64,000 nucleotides of DNA from IMG/VR virus record IMGVR_UViG_3300020365_000001. One strand, 5' to 3'. Origin of the DNA: a virus. Its lineage: Duplodnaviria; Caudoviricetes. The first letter of the stretch is position 1, and each line of letters opens with the position of its first letter. Under the pieces are notes generated by a model. The model was given only the letters and a program-made list of their open reading frames with translations. It was not told where the DNA came from and did no database searches. The translations under genes were made by a program, and so were the position numbers. This document shows positions 19,786-29,692 of the stretch, in pieces.

Positions 19786-19931
19786 TCTTTGATACCCTTG
19801 ATTTTTTTCCACTTGTTATGCATTGCCTGAAGGTGCCAAGACTGTGACAGACTCTTGGCACCTTCCTCCAATACTTTTAGATCTCTTGGATCACTAGTGT
19901 ACTTCTTATAATCTTCTCTCCAATTTGTCAT
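19782..19931 (-). CDS. Small hypothetical protein (49 aa)
   Basis: Hand-translated MTNWREDYKKY...EGAKSLSQSWHLQAMHNKWKKIKG; ATGA-coupled to nrdB. Confidence 0.7.
   Translation of the reverse strand: MTNWREDYKKYTSDPRDLKVLEEGAKSLSQSWHLQAMHNKWKKIKGIKD
19829..19865. repeat. 13-bp perfect inverted repeat
   Basis: GAAGGTGCCAAGA-11 nt-TCTTGGCACCTTC. Confidence 0.9.
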
Positions 19932-21109
19932 AGTTGGAATCCGCTGAAGGAATCTTTCTTGACATCCTGCTTGATACCACCCACCACGTAGGACTCCACC
20001 TCCGTCTCCTGTGGGGCGACCTGAAGACCTTTAGAGGAGATCCAGTGCTCAGTCCAAGGAAGTGGGTTATTGTGCACTGGAGCGTCATACAGAGGGGTCA
20101 GACCAATCGCTCGCATACGCTTGTTAGCGATCCACTCCACATACTTGACGAGGAGTTTGTCATTGAGACCGATCATGCTTCCATCCTTGAACAGATACTG
20201 TGCCCACTCTTTCTCTTCTGCCACTGCATTGGCAAACATATCGGTTACAGTCTGCTCTTCTTCCTTGATGATCTCCAACATCTCAGGATCATCACCCTTT
20301 TGCCATGCCTTGATGATCTGTTGAGTCAGCACAGTGTGCTGGTTCTCATCACGTGCAATCAGAGAGATGATCTTTGCAGATCCTTCCATCAGTTTCAGTT
20401 CACCAAAGGCAAACGAACAAGCAAAGGACACATAGAAACGAATACCCTCAAGGATATTGACGTTTGACACTGCCAGATACAGACGACGCTTCAGTTCCTT
20501 ACGGGTGTACTCAGCAGTAGGGGAACCAGCATAGTCTGCTGACCACATATTACCACCACCCCACTCGTTTGCTACTTGCAGGAACTCATCGTATGCCCTT
20601 GTCACACTCTTGGCACGTGCCAGGATGCGTTCATCATCCAGGATGGTGTCAAAGACCTCAGCAGGATCGGGATACACATTCTTGATAATGTATGTGTAAG
20701 AACGTGAGTGGATCATCTCCATGAACTGCCATACATTCATGGCACCTTCCAATTCAGGGAGAGCACAGTATGGAGAGAATGCCATCCCAGGACCACGACC
20801 CTGCACAGAGTCCAGGAGGATCTGATACTTCAGGTTGGAGGTGAAGATGTGCTTCTGCTCAGGACGCAGAGTCTTGTAGTCGCCACGATCTTTCTGGAGA
20901 GACACCTCTTCAGGACGCCAGAAGTATCCCAGCATCTGGTTGGTCAGTTTTTCAAAGACTGGGTACTTATAGGAGTCGTACCGCTGGACACCCAGGGGTG
21001 CCCCAAAGAACATCGGTTGTGTTTTAGTATCAACGTGATTATCGTTGAATACTGTCATACCTTGAACAGGCATATCTTTTGAATTTTTTCTAAATTGCAC
21101 AGGATTCAC
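19928..21109 (-). CDS. nrdB: Ribonucleotide reductase class Ia beta subunit
   Basis: FWRPEEV, EMIHSRSY, LEGIRFYVSF, RDENQH, VAPQETE; GTG start approximate. Confidence 0.95.
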   Translation of the reverse strand: MNPVQFRKNSKDMPVQGMTVFNDNHVDTKTQPMFFGAPLGVQRYDSYKYPVFEKLTNQMLGYFWRPEEVSLQKDRGDYKTLRPEQKHIFTSNLKYQILLDSVQGRGPGMAFSPYCALPELEGAMNVWQFMEMIHSRSYTYIIKNVYPDPAEVFDTILDDERILARAKSVTRAYDEFLQVANEWGGGNMWSADYAGSPTAEYTRKELKRRLYLAVSNVNILEGIRFYVSFACSFAFGELKLMEGSAKIISLIARDENQHTVLTQQIIKAWQKGDDPEMLEIIKEEEQTVTDMFANAVAEEKEWAQYLFKDGSMIGLNDKLLVKYVEWIANKRMRAIGLTPLYDAPVHNNPLPWTEHWISSKGLQVAPQETEVESYVVGGIKQDVKKDSFSGFQL

Positions 21110-23411
21110 AGGTTTCTTCGTCTTCGTTTTGAATGGAGGCGATAAGAGAATTCTTATCTGGTACGTTGTCATGCCAGCCAATGGAGTGTGCTGGTTCGTC
21201 CATTTCGTCGGACTTCATGTCATGTGTGTTCTGGTAGTAAGAAGTCTTCCAACCGTATTTGTATGTGGTCAATAGATCGTTTGCCATAACAGACACAGGT
21301 ACTTCATTGTTGTCATAATCGATAGGATTATAACTCCAGTTACCTGAAATTGCCTGATCAAAGAACTTTTGCATCACGGAAACGACGTTGATGTAACCTC
21401 GGTTTCCTTTCATCTCCCAGAGGAGAGTGTAACTGTTCTTCAATCGTTGGTACTGTGGTACCACTTGCTTGAGCGGACCCTTCTTGGATTTTTTGATGGA
21501 CAGGTAGTCACGCGGTGGTTCGATTCCGTTGGTGGCATTTGACACAACGGAACTGCTCTCCGATGGCATCTGTGCGGACAGTGTTGAGTGCCGTAATCCG
21601 TGTTCGGCGATAGATACCCTAAGACTATCCCAATCATGTTGCAAATCTACGCAAGAAATTTCGTCAACATCTTTCTTATAATGATCAATAGGCAAGAGTC
21701 CCTGAGCATATTTAGTAGCAGGGAAGTATTCACATTGACCCTTCTCTTCTGCCAGTTTGTTTGACGCTTTGAGGAGATAATACTGGAACGATTCTGTCAG
21801 GGAGTGAACTGCATCCCATGCCTCTTGACTGTCATAGTTGAACCCAAGTTTGGCAAGGTAGTGTGCCAGACCAATGAACCCAACACCCAGTGACCGACGT
21901 GCTTTTGTGCTGATCTCTGCTGCTTTGACAGGGTACTCTTGATAGTCAATGATCTCATCCAGACCACGGACAACCAGGTCACACAAGTCTTCCAGTTCGT
22001 CGTCAGACCGTACCTTACCCACGTTGATAGCAGACAGGATGCACAAGGCAATTTCTCCCGCTCCATCAATGTGCTGGATGGGGTCTGTAGGCAGGGTAAT
22101 CTCTTGACACAGGTTGCTCATCGACACCTTGTCAGTGAACGAGGAGTGACTGTTACAGTGGTCGATATTCATGATGTAAATACGACCTGTCTCTGCCCGT
22201 TCTTTTAGGATTGAGAGGATGAGTTCCTGTGCACTGACGGTGGTGCGGGGGATGGACTCGTCTTGTTCGTACTGGCAATAAAGACTGTCAAAAGAATCAG
22301 TGCCGAAAGCGTCGAAAAGACCAGGCACAGCATGCGGACTGAACAATGAAACGGTTTCGTTTTTGATAAACCGTTCGTAGAAGAGTTTGCTGAACTGGAT
22401 ACTGTAGTCAAGTTTTCTTACACGGTTGTCTTCGGTCCCTTTGTTGTTCTTGAGGACGATGATGTCTTCGATTTCTTGGTGCCAGATTGGAAAGTGAACC
22501 GTAGCTGATCCACCTCGGACGCCATTTTGAGTGCAGCATCTGACAGTTGATTCAAATTTCTTGAGAAACGGAACAACGCCAGTGTGCTGAACTTCTCCGC
22601 CTCTGATTTTACTGTTGATGCCACGGATTGCGCCTGCGTTGATACCGATTCCCGCTCTTTGTGCAACGTATTTGCCAATAGCCATATCAGAGCTAAAGAT
22701 GCTATCGAGGGTGTCAGCAACATCAACAAGAACACAACTAGCAAACTGTCTAAGGGGTGTTCGCACCCCTGCCATGACTGGTGTTGGGATGTTGATTCGG
22801 TGCTTGCTGATTGCGTCGTAGTATCGTTTGACATATGACAGACGTGTATCTTGTGGATAGTTGGCAAACAAAGTTGCCGCAATCATCATATACATTTGCT
22901 GGGGAGTCTCAAAGACTTTCCCATTGCTACGGTCTTGTACCAGATACTTATCGACTACCTGGCGGAGACCAGCAAACGTAAACAAATAGTCACGTTCGTG
23001 ATCAATGTAACCATTGAGAGTAGCAATCTCTTCAGGGGTATACTTATCTATAACGGTAGTGTCGTAAACACCACGTTCAATACAGTCCTTGATATGACTC
23101 TCTAGCGACGGAATGTCCTCAAGCAGACCATACAGTTGCTTACGGACAGAGAACAGAAGCAAACGGGCAGCAACAAATTGATAGTTGGGATGATCGAGAT
23201 CAATCAGGTCACTCGCAGACCTAATAAGAATCTCTTGAATTTCTGCTGTGCTGATGCCATCAAAAAATTGGATACCAGATTGGATCTCTACCTGACTAGC
23301 AGAAACATTTGCCAATCCATCACATGCCCTCTCAACCATGACATGCATTTTGTCCAAATCAAGAAGTTCAATCGAACCGTTACGCTTGACAACTTTAGTA
23401 CCGTTGCTCAT
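21090..23411 (-). CDS. nrdA: Ribonucleotide reductase class Ia alpha subunit
   Basis: ATP-cone VVKRNG, PTPVMAG, SNLCQEI, C-terminal CESCAI; uninterrupted. Confidence 0.97.
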   Translation of the reverse strand: MSNGTKVVKRNGSIELLDLDKMHVMVERACDGLANVSASQVEIQSGIQFFDGISTAEIQEILIRSASDLIDLDHPNYQFVAARLLLFSVRKQLYGLLEDIPSLESHIKDCIERGVYDTTVIDKYTPEEIATLNGYIDHERDYLFTFAGLRQVVDKYLVQDRSNGKVFETPQQMYMMIAATLFANYPQDTRLSYVKRYYDAISKHRINIPTPVMAGVRTPLRQFASCVLVDVADTLDSIFSSDMAIGKYVAQRAGIGINAGAIRGINSKIRGGEVQHTGVVPFLKKFESTVRCCTQNGVRGGSATVHFPIWHQEIEDIIVLKNNKGTEDNRVRKLDYSIQFSKLFYERFIKNETVSLFSPHAVPGLFDAFGTDSFDSLYCQYEQDESIPRTTVSAQELILSILKERAETGRIYIMNIDHCNSHSSFTDKVSMSNLCQEITLPTDPIQHIDGAGEIALCILSAINVGKVRSDDELEDLCDLVVRGLDEIIDYQEYPVKAAEISTKARRSLGVGFIGLAHYLAKLGFNYDSQEAWDAVHSLTESFQYYLLKASNKLAEEKGQCEYFPATKYAQGLLPIDHYKKDVDEISCVDLQHDWDSLRVSIAEHGLRHSTLSAQMPSESSSVVSNATNGIEPPRDYLSIKKSKKGPLKQVVPQYQRLKNSYTLLWEMKGNRGYINVVSVMQKFFDQAISGNWSYNPIDYDNNEVPVSVMANDLLTTYKYGWKTSYYQNTHDMKSDEMDEPAHSIGWHDNVPDKNSLIASIQNEDEETCESCAI

Positions 23412-24379
23412 ACTCTTTTCCAAGTTTGTAATTTTAGTTTTGCTTCTAAACCATGATACGTGTTACATTCTAGCAGAGATTGGATGTCCAGTCCAGCTAA
23501 ATGCATATCGTTGATATCCTTCTGTCGTATTTCAGAAGGAAAGATGACTACCTTGTGCTTTTGTTCAATGGCGTGAGAAATTTTAGATACGATCTCCCTG
23601 TTTCTTGGCTCGTTGTCGTAGACATAGATAAAATCACCAGTGGCAGTGCCAAGAGAAATATCACTGCCGCACATTGCAATAGCATTGACAACAAAGTGGG
23701 AGTCGAAGGGTCCTTCGGTGACATAAACCGGTTTTTCCTTGTCAATTTTGTCCAGTCCGTAGACCTTTGGATGGTCGTCGTCAAGCATCAAGGTGAGATA
23801 TTTAGGTTCTACGAACTTGTCTAATGCTCTACCCTGTAACCCAATCAATTTCTTGTTTTCATCATACATTGGTATGACTATACGGTCATGATCCTTATGG
23901 ACATTTTCGTATGAGGGTTTGAGAGTATTGCAGAAATGCTTGAACTCTTTGGCATAATAAAAGTCGTTGGGATCTAGATCTCTAGACCTCAAATACTCTG
24001 CTGCCCGGTCATTCTCAGACGCTTTGGGCAGGTTTAGTTTCTTAGCAAAGACGGGTTTCTTGAACTTGAATACCTTGTCAGGAACAGTCGTTCCCTTTCC
24101 ACTCAGACCTGACTTGTACCTCTCAAAGACGTACTGATCATACAACTGTGAGTCCATGTCCTTCAAAAAGTTAGTGAAGGACTTAGACATGCCACAGTTG
24201 TGGCACTTGAAGTTGAAACTAGTCTTTATTGAATAAAGATACCCTCGGGTTTTGTTCTTGTTCTTCTGTGAGTCGCCACAGTAAGGACACCTGAAGGTAT
24301 ATAAGTTCTTCTTAGTGGTTTTGAACTTCCCCAGTCTTGCAGATACCAAACTAATATACTTGGTATCGATGTGTATCAT
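23408..24379 (-). CDS. gp61: DNA primase (T4 gp61-like)
   Basis: FRCPYCGDS...CHNC Zn finger; TEGPFDS and YDNEPRN TOPRIM motifs. Confidence 0.95.
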   Translation of the reverse strand: MIHIDTKYISLVSARLGKFKTTKKNLYTFRCPYCGDSQKNKNKTRGYLYSIKTSFNFKCHNCGMSKSFTNFLKDMDSQLYDQYVFERYKSGLSGKGTTVPDKVFKFKKPVFAKKLNLPKASENDRAAEYLRSRDLDPNDFYYAKEFKHFCNTLKPSYENVHKDHDRIVIPMYDENKKLIGLQGRALDKFVEPKYLTLMLDDDHPKVYGLDKIDKEKPVYVTEGPFDSHFVVNAIAMCGSDISLGTATGDFIYVYDNEPRNREIVSKISHAIEQKHKVVIFPSEIRQKDINDMHLAGLDIQSLLECNTYHGLEAKLKLQTWKRV

Positions 24380-24385
24380 GGCAAG

Positions 24386-24769
24386 TTAGGGAGATTGTTT
24401 GATTATAGCAGGAGGCGTTTGGTCAGTCAACACGCCTGCTATCTTTTGACCGATAGGAGACACTACAATACTGATCACTGCCAGGGCACCAGCAATGCTC
24501 CATAATTTTTTCTCTAGGGTTCTCAAGCGTTGATCAATAAGGCGTATGTCTCGCTCACACCCTGCCTTGATAAGGTCTGCTTCTGCATGGAACTCTACTC
24601 GTAACTCTTCTACCTTGTCAAAGAGTACGGCATCAATCCGATCTTGCTTTTCTAGTTTTTCATTGTGAACAGCAAGTAGTTGACCCATCTTCACGGAATT
24701 ATCCTGAAGAGACTCCACCACTTTTTCTAGTCTCTCAAGTATTGCTGTGTTTACCTGATCGTTGTTCAC
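24386..24769 (-). CDS. Coiled-coil protein with C-terminal TM
   Basis: LLAVHNEKL coiled coil; WSIAGALAVISIVV. Confidence 0.8.
   Translation of the reverse strand: MNNDQVNTAILERLEKVVESLQDNSVKMGQLLAVHNEKLEKQDRIDAVLFDKVEELRVEFHAEADLIKAGCERDIRLIDQRLRTLEKKLWSIAGALAVISIVVSPIGQKIAGVLTDQTPPAIIKQSP
24402..24430 (-). promoter_or_regulatory. Sigma70-type promoter for gp61-nrdAB
   Basis: TTGACT-17 nt-TATAAT with TG extension. Confidence 0.8.
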
Positions 24770-24951
24770 TTTGGTGTCCAGATTTTACGTGAACGGGGAC
24801 CTAGATAGGCGTATTTTTTTCTCTTTTTATTTTTTATCGGGGGGTCATCCCCTGCCTCTTTAGACCCAGCAATCTTACCACCAGAAATACTGTTTGTAGG
24901 GACATCTTCCCTGATAAGATCTAGAATCCAATTGAGTTTCTTCTCGTCCAT
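24766..24951 (-). CDS. Small basic hypothetical protein
   Basis: Coupled ORF; IRED then basic tail. Confidence 0.7.
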   Translation of the reverse strand: MDEKKLNWILDLIREDVPTNSISGGKIAGSKEAGDDPPIKNKKRKKYAYLGPRSRKIWTPK

Positions 24952-25322
24952 CAGATTGAGTTGAGAATTACGTTACATTCTTTATCAATTGGAATTCTAT
25001 CTAGACCAGTCTTAGGATAGTCTGGAATTCTATTGAGGAAGAGCAAACAAGTGTACAGAACCGACCAATACTCTCTGTCGATTTTATAAAACAACAGAGG
25101 GATTGTGCCCTCCCCAAATACATTGAAGCATATAATCAAATGATTCAAGATGAGATGATGTTTCAACTCACCTTGAACCTGGTACTTTTTGAGTAATCGT
25201 TTGATGTATTTGAATCTCTTTAGATCCTCCTCAAAATCCTCCATAGTGGAGGCATGAGGATTTTCATAATGTTTTATAGCAAAGAGCAAATAGTTATCAT
25301 CATTTAGTTCATCAAATTTCAT
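24951..25322 (-). CDS. Conserved T4-like cyanophage hypothetical protein
   Basis: FAIKHYENP, DLKRFKYIKRL, LILNH. Confidence 0.85.
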   Translation of the reverse strand: MKFDELNDDNYLLFAIKHYENPHASTMEDFEEDLKRFKYIKRLLKKYQVQGELKHHLILNHLIICFNVFGEGTIPLLFYKIDREYWSVLYTCLLFLNRIPDYPKTGLDRIPIDKECNVILNSI

Positions 25323-25327
25323 TTACA

Positions 25328-25894
25328 TCAAGCTGTTACAGTAATAGTTCCTGCTGCTGTGCCAATAGATGCAGCGTTAGTGATCGTGGAGTTGGTGCTA
25401 GTACCAGCATCCTTGACCGAACCGCCGTTCAGTGCCATGGCATTAGCGCCAATGGACAGAACGTCATCAGCATCGGTTGCGGCATTGCCAGCAGCGATGG
25501 TGAGGGAGAAGACCAGTTCGTTGGTGCCTGTGCCTGAGGCATAGGACAACGTGTGGTTAGAGTTGGTGTCGTTCACAACGGTGAGTTGTGGCGTACCAGT
25601 AACGTCAACTGCTTCATTGAAACGAACTCGTACCTGCAAGGTACCACCATCCGACTTATCAAATGCAGTGGTGATGAATTCAATCTCAGTGATGTCAGCA
25701 GAACCAATAGACACTGCCAGTCCACTAATAGCAACCAGCAACTCTGGATCCGCATCGGTATTATCGTTACCGCTCAGAGCAGAACCGGCTTCCCGAACCC
25801 AACCACTTGCGTTTGCAAAAACTTCTTTCTTCTCCGCAGTAGTCAAATTCTTTGGCTTAGACTCGTCTGCGTCTGATGCTCCCCAGAGTGCCAT
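25328..25894 (-). CDS. Putative virion structural protein (beta-sandwich-like)
   Basis: MALWG start, FNEAVDVTGTPQL, YASGTGTNELVF; ATAAATA at 25919-25925. Confidence 0.7.
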   Translation of the reverse strand: MALWGASDADESKPKNLTTAEKKEVFANASGWVREAGSALSGNDNTDADPELLVAISGLAVSIGSADITEIEFITTAFDKSDGGTLQVRVRFNEAVDVTGTPQLTVVNDTNSNHTLSYASGTGTNELVFSLTIAAGNAATDADDVLSIGANAMALNGGSVKDAGTSTNSTITNAASIGTAAGTITVTA

Positions 25895-25927
25895 GTTCTG
25901 TACGTAATTTTGTTGAAATATTTATGC

Positions 25928-26122
25928 TCAGCGAGCTTTGATCGCTGCGGCAACTGTCTCCAGAAGTTTATCATCCATGTCAGTCTTTGTCAATTTGACT
26001 GCTTTACCAAGGATGACCAAACAAACTTCAATAAGTTTCTCTCCAAGTTCCTCGTTTTCGGGGATCTTGTTTACTGCATCCGAAATAACTTTCGTTGCCA
26101 ATGGAAGAAGGAATGATAGCAT
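25928..26122 (-). CDS. Conserved small hypothetical protein
   Basis: LTKTDMDDKLL motif. Confidence 0.75.
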   Translation of the reverse strand: MLSFLLPLATKVISDAVNKIPENEELGEKLIEVCLVILGKAVKLTKTDMDDKLLETVAAAIKAR

Positions 26123-26152
26123 GATGATAAACCAATATAATAATTATATAGG

Positions 26153-26869
26153 TCAGACTCCCCTCAGTAATCGATTCAGCAATTCTGCTCCACGACCTGC
26201 TGCACTTTTCTTCTCAAGATTTTTCTTTTCTTGAGTAGTCATGTGCTTGTTAGCATCATTCTTTGCCCGGATGTCGTCATCAATACCCTCCGGCATGTTG
26301 CTCACATACTTACCCTTCGCCTTGTCATAACGACGGACCTCACCTTTACGCAAGGGTTTTTCACCAGAGTCTTTACGATAATCTTTCCAAGACTTGCCAT
26401 GCTTCATACGCATGTCTTGTTCTTTATTACTCTTTTCACTTTTCTCAATTCTTTTCATTGCCTTACGGTCTGAAAGAATACTAGACCGAAGTGCTTCCGA
26501 CTGGAACCGATCACGGAACTTACGGAGAGGCATAGATTTGTCACGAAACTCTTTCTTAGATTCGTAACCACTAGGTTTAGATCCATCCTTAGTGGATGAA
26601 CGACGACCCAAAGACTTCCTTTCAGAAGACTGACTCATCTTACCAGGTTTACCGTACTGAGACTTGAACTTCTCATCGATGGTACTTTCTTTCATTTTCT
26701 TCTTCTCAGGTAAACCTTTGTGTTTGGTTTTAGCAAATTTCTTTACGCTGGACACACTGGTGGTGGCGGCAATTTGGGAAACCTTAGGCGACGGCGCTTC
26801 CAGTTCCCCTTTTTGAGCCGCTCTAACCATCCCGAAGAGTCTTTGTTGGGATCGGGACTTGGCGGGCAT
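26153..26869 (-). CDS. Basic putative internal head protein
   Basis: MPAKSRSQQRLFGMV...FAKTKHKGLPEK; very Lys-rich. Confidence 0.7.
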   Translation of the reverse strand: MPAKSRSQQRLFGMVRAAQKGELEAPSPKVSQIAATTSVSSVKKFAKTKHKGLPEKKKMKESTIDEKFKSQYGKPGKMSQSSERKSLGRRSSTKDGSKPSGYESKKEFRDKSMPLRKFRDRFQSEALRSSILSDRKAMKRIEKSEKSNKEQDMRMKHGKSWKDYRKDSGEKPLRKGEVRRYDKAKGKYVSNMPEGIDDDIRAKNDANKHMTTQEKKNLEKKSAAGRGAELLNRLLRGV

Positions 26870-26872
26870 GGG

Positions 26873-28564
26873 TCAGTCTGACTCCCCTTGGCGTGGTTTG
26901 TATGGGTTGTGGTTGGCATTCCTCTTCTTCTGTGCAAGTTTGCCTTTGATCTTGTCCACAGGGGTTACACCTTTGTAACCTTTCTTACCGGGTTGCTTCT
27001 TCTTACCCTGAGGTTGAATAGCTTTACCACGGGAGGACATCATACCACCGGTCTTACGCATTTCGCGAGAGACCTTATCGAATGCACTCTTACCATCACG
27101 GGTTCCGCCCTTCTCGGACTTGTTCCCAGTCTTGAAATCCTTTCCAGTTTCCTTAGCGTAACGAGTACGCTCAATCATCTGGAGTGCTTGCTCTTCTACA
27201 GAGTCAAGCATAGAGTTGTCAGAACTCTGAGGGAGGAGAGCACCCTTCATGATGTTCTCCTTTGCCTGCTGACGCTTCTTCTTGGTCTTCGCCAGGATCC
27301 GTGCCTTAGCAGCATCGGCATCCTTTTGAGGAACACGGTACCCATCACGGTCAGTCTTCAGACGTTCCATGGGTTTGTCGGAACAGGCACCCTCGGTCTT
27401 CAACTGAGGGTTGATCTCGATCTTGTTCTTGACGCCGCTAGTCTGAATGTCTAGTTTTTCAGTCTTAGCGGCTTCGGAAAAAAAACCTTCGCCCATCTCC
27501 TGACGCCAGTCCGAATACTCCTTGACACAGTTAGGAACAACGCGACCGTTCTTTTCCTTAGTACCCTTTGCCTTGTAACCTTTCCAGCAGGTGCTAGCGC
27601 CCACGTTCTTACGTGCTGCCTTCATGCTGCCTTCATCGATTGCATCACCTTCGGGTTCAAAGGAGTTGGCAAGTTTTACATGAGGTGCCAACTTGTACAG
27701 AGGTTTGCCATCAATCTTGCTCTTCATGCCCGACTTATAGTTGCGGAATGCAGGAGTATTGCCCTTCACATCAGCATTAGTGATGGTGTATACCTCGCCG
27801 CAGAGTTCTACCTCCTCGGCATGCTCCATCTCCTCCTTCTTGTACTGAGGATGGTCGTCAACTTTGTGACCACGCTTCTTCTCAAGACGTGCCTTACGCT
27901 CTTCAGTTCCCTTCTTAGGATCAGGGTCACGTACACCCTCAACGTTCAGAGTCTTGGGATAATCCTTGTCACCTTTCTTGGCAGGTTTTTCACCACGCTT
28001 ACGCTTGGCATGGATGTTATCCCAGAGACCTTTTTTCTTCTCTTCCAGAGTCTCCTCATTACTCATGCTGTTTTGACGCACGGTGTTTGAGGTTTGAGCA
28101 GAAGGACGAGCAGTGGGTCGAGGAGTACGGTTGATCTTTACGCCAATTTTTTCAAGGGCACCTTGACCTGCTTTGGTTGCCTTATCAACCATGCCTGCCA
28201 GGTCTTCAGTAATACCGGTCTCCTTATCTTGGCGACGCTGAGTTCCCACTGCCTTCACGGCACGGGACTTCATGCTCATACCCTTCTTATTTTCTGCCTT
28301 GCGGGTAGGACGAGGTGCTTCTCTCTTCTCTGGCTTTGCTGCCATCGAGAACTTCTCATCAACAGTCTCTACCTCTTCCTTACGGGTGTCATTCCCGTCT
28401 GCTTTGCCACCCTTGGCACGTTGAATAGCATTATGCACAACGCCAGCGTGTTCTTTGGAACCGCTCTCTACTTTACCGTCTCCATCATAATCTTTCTTCG
28501 CCTTCTTCTCTTCGAGATAGGGGCGACGAAGGTCCTCATATGACTGTGCCCAAGGGTTACTCAT
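26873..28564 (-). CDS. Lys/Glu-rich modular putative internal head protein
   Basis: Charged modules separated by hydrophobic-x-E sites; ATAAATA at 28591-28597. Confidence 0.75.
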   Translation of the reverse strand: MSNPWAQSYEDLRRPYLEEKKAKKDYDGDGKVESGSKEHAGVVHNAIQRAKGGKADGNDTRKEEVETVDEKFSMAAKPEKREAPRPTRKAENKKGMSMKSRAVKAVGTQRRQDKETGITEDLAGMVDKATKAGQGALEKIGVKINRTPRPTARPSAQTSNTVRQNSMSNEETLEEKKKGLWDNIHAKRKRGEKPAKKGDKDYPKTLNVEGVRDPDPKKGTEERKARLEKKRGHKVDDHPQYKKEEMEHAEEVELCGEVYTITNADVKGNTPAFRNYKSGMKSKIDGKPLYKLAPHVKLANSFEPEGDAIDEGSMKAARKNVGASTCWKGYKAKGTKEKNGRVVPNCVKEYSDWRQEMGEGFFSEAAKTEKLDIQTSGVKNKIEINPQLKTEGACSDKPMERLKTDRDGYRVPQKDADAAKARILAKTKKKRQQAKENIMKGALLPQSSDNSMLDSVEEQALQMIERTRYAKETGKDFKTGNKSEKGGTRDGKSAFDKVSREMRKTGGMMSSRGKAIQPQGKKKQPGKKGYKGVTPVDKIKGKLAQKKRNANHNPYKPRQGESD

Positions 28565-28596
28565 CTTACAAACGTGTTATACCGTAGTTTTATTTA

Positions 28597-29493
28597 TCAA
28601 AAGTCCATTGCGAGAAAAAACCTGTCTACCTCTCTTGCTTCAGAGATCCACGCTCTAAAAATTTGCTTGTCCTCAGACATACAAATCAAATGATTTGCAC
28701 CGCGACGGAAGACTTGTCCAGTCTTTCCATTTGATTCAATGATCGATCCATTTTTGAAGATGTCGCCTGCAATATATTGCTCACGAATACTACGCTCATC
28801 CACAGGAATCACATTCATCATGACATAATTGTAGAGTTTCCCATTACCCTTCATTGCGAGTTCTGAGATTTCTTTTGCTCTTGACTGTCGTACAACGATA
28901 CTAATTGCATCAAAACCGTTTTCATAGAGTGAGGAGAGGACATCGTAGATGGTCTCTGCGTTGGTGTCGTCAACGAAGGCATCGCCAATCTCAGGATATG
29001 CATCTTTTAGTTCTTGAATGTTTGTATCCCTGCTAGGGAAAATGTAATAGTAGTCACCACCAGAAACTTCTTCGACCGCTTGAAGAATGTTTACAGTAGT
29101 TTCGTCATTGTCAAATTTGTCAAAAGCAATAGTCAGGGGTTGATCTCTACTGACTTGCTGTAGTGCTGCTTTGGCCTGACCGTTAGTAGAATTAGGATTA
29201 GCGTTGTCAGCAGCAGATCCACCTGCCGCGCTCTTTTGTTGACCACCATCATCACGACTACTGCCCTTGCGAGCAACCACCTGAGCGGCAGAGGATCCAG
29301 GAGTTCCCAATTCATCATCTTTACCAGCACGAGCGTCGAACATTTGAAGTTCTCCGCGTACTGTTTTTGCTTTCAGTACACCGGTTCTATCATACCAATC
29401 GCCGTGACCGTCCCCGACCAATCCCAGTCGCCGTGCTTCCTGGGATGCCTTGGTGATCCTTGCTTCTGTTATGAAAGATGAGAACTTTTTCAC
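28597..29493 (-). CDS. Cytidyltransferase-like protein with degenerate active site
   Basis: (M)KKFSSFITEA, GDGHGDWYD, REQYIAGDIF, RRGANHLI; ATAAATA at 29562-29568; GTG start inferred. Confidence 0.6.
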   Translation of the reverse strand: MKKFSSFITEARITKASQEARRLGLVGDGHGDWYDRTGVLKAKTVRGELQMFDARAGKDDELGTPGSSAAQVVARKGSSRDDGGQQKSAAGGSAADNANPNSTNGQAKAALQQVSRDQPLTIAFDKFDNDETTVNILQAVEEVSGGDYYYIFPSRDTNIQELKDAYPEIGDAFVDDTNAETIYDVLSSLYENGFDAISIVVRQSRAKEISELAMKGNGKLYNYVMMNVIPVDERSIREQYIAGDIFKNGSIIESNGKTGQVFRRGANHLICMSEDKQIFRAWISEAREVDRFFLAMDF

Positions 29494-29692
29494 TGATTTT
29501 TCGTAAGATCTCGGAATTATTATTTTGAACAAACACCATCAGTGGCGTCTGATACTGTTTATATTTATCTTGTGTCTGCAAGATGCAGTATAGAAACCTT
29601 TGAAAGTCTTCGATACGTTTCCTGTTTGTCATCCTACGTTTACCATAGTTCTCTGCGTAAACGTCGATAGCACTATCCAAAAAATCAATCAT
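29390..29692 (-). CDS. Hypothetical protein
   Basis: ATGA-coupled to the upstream gene; overlaps the downstream gene by about 100 nt. Confidence 0.5.
   Translation of the reverse strand: MIDFLDSAIDVYAENYGKRRMTNRKRIEDFQRFLYCILQTQDKYKQYQTPLMVFVQNNNSEILRKISEKVLIFHNRSKDHQGIPGSTATGIGRGRSRRLV

Noticed and set aside
19934-23456. Many plus-strand ORFs opposite nrdA/nrdB, and similarly opposite gp41, gp43 and gp46
   Set aside because: Antisense shadows of codon-biased genes, with no motifs, SD or operon logic.
26888-28543. Long Leu/Phe-rich plus-strand ORFs
   Set aside because: Mirror of the Lys/Glu codons of the minus-strand gene.
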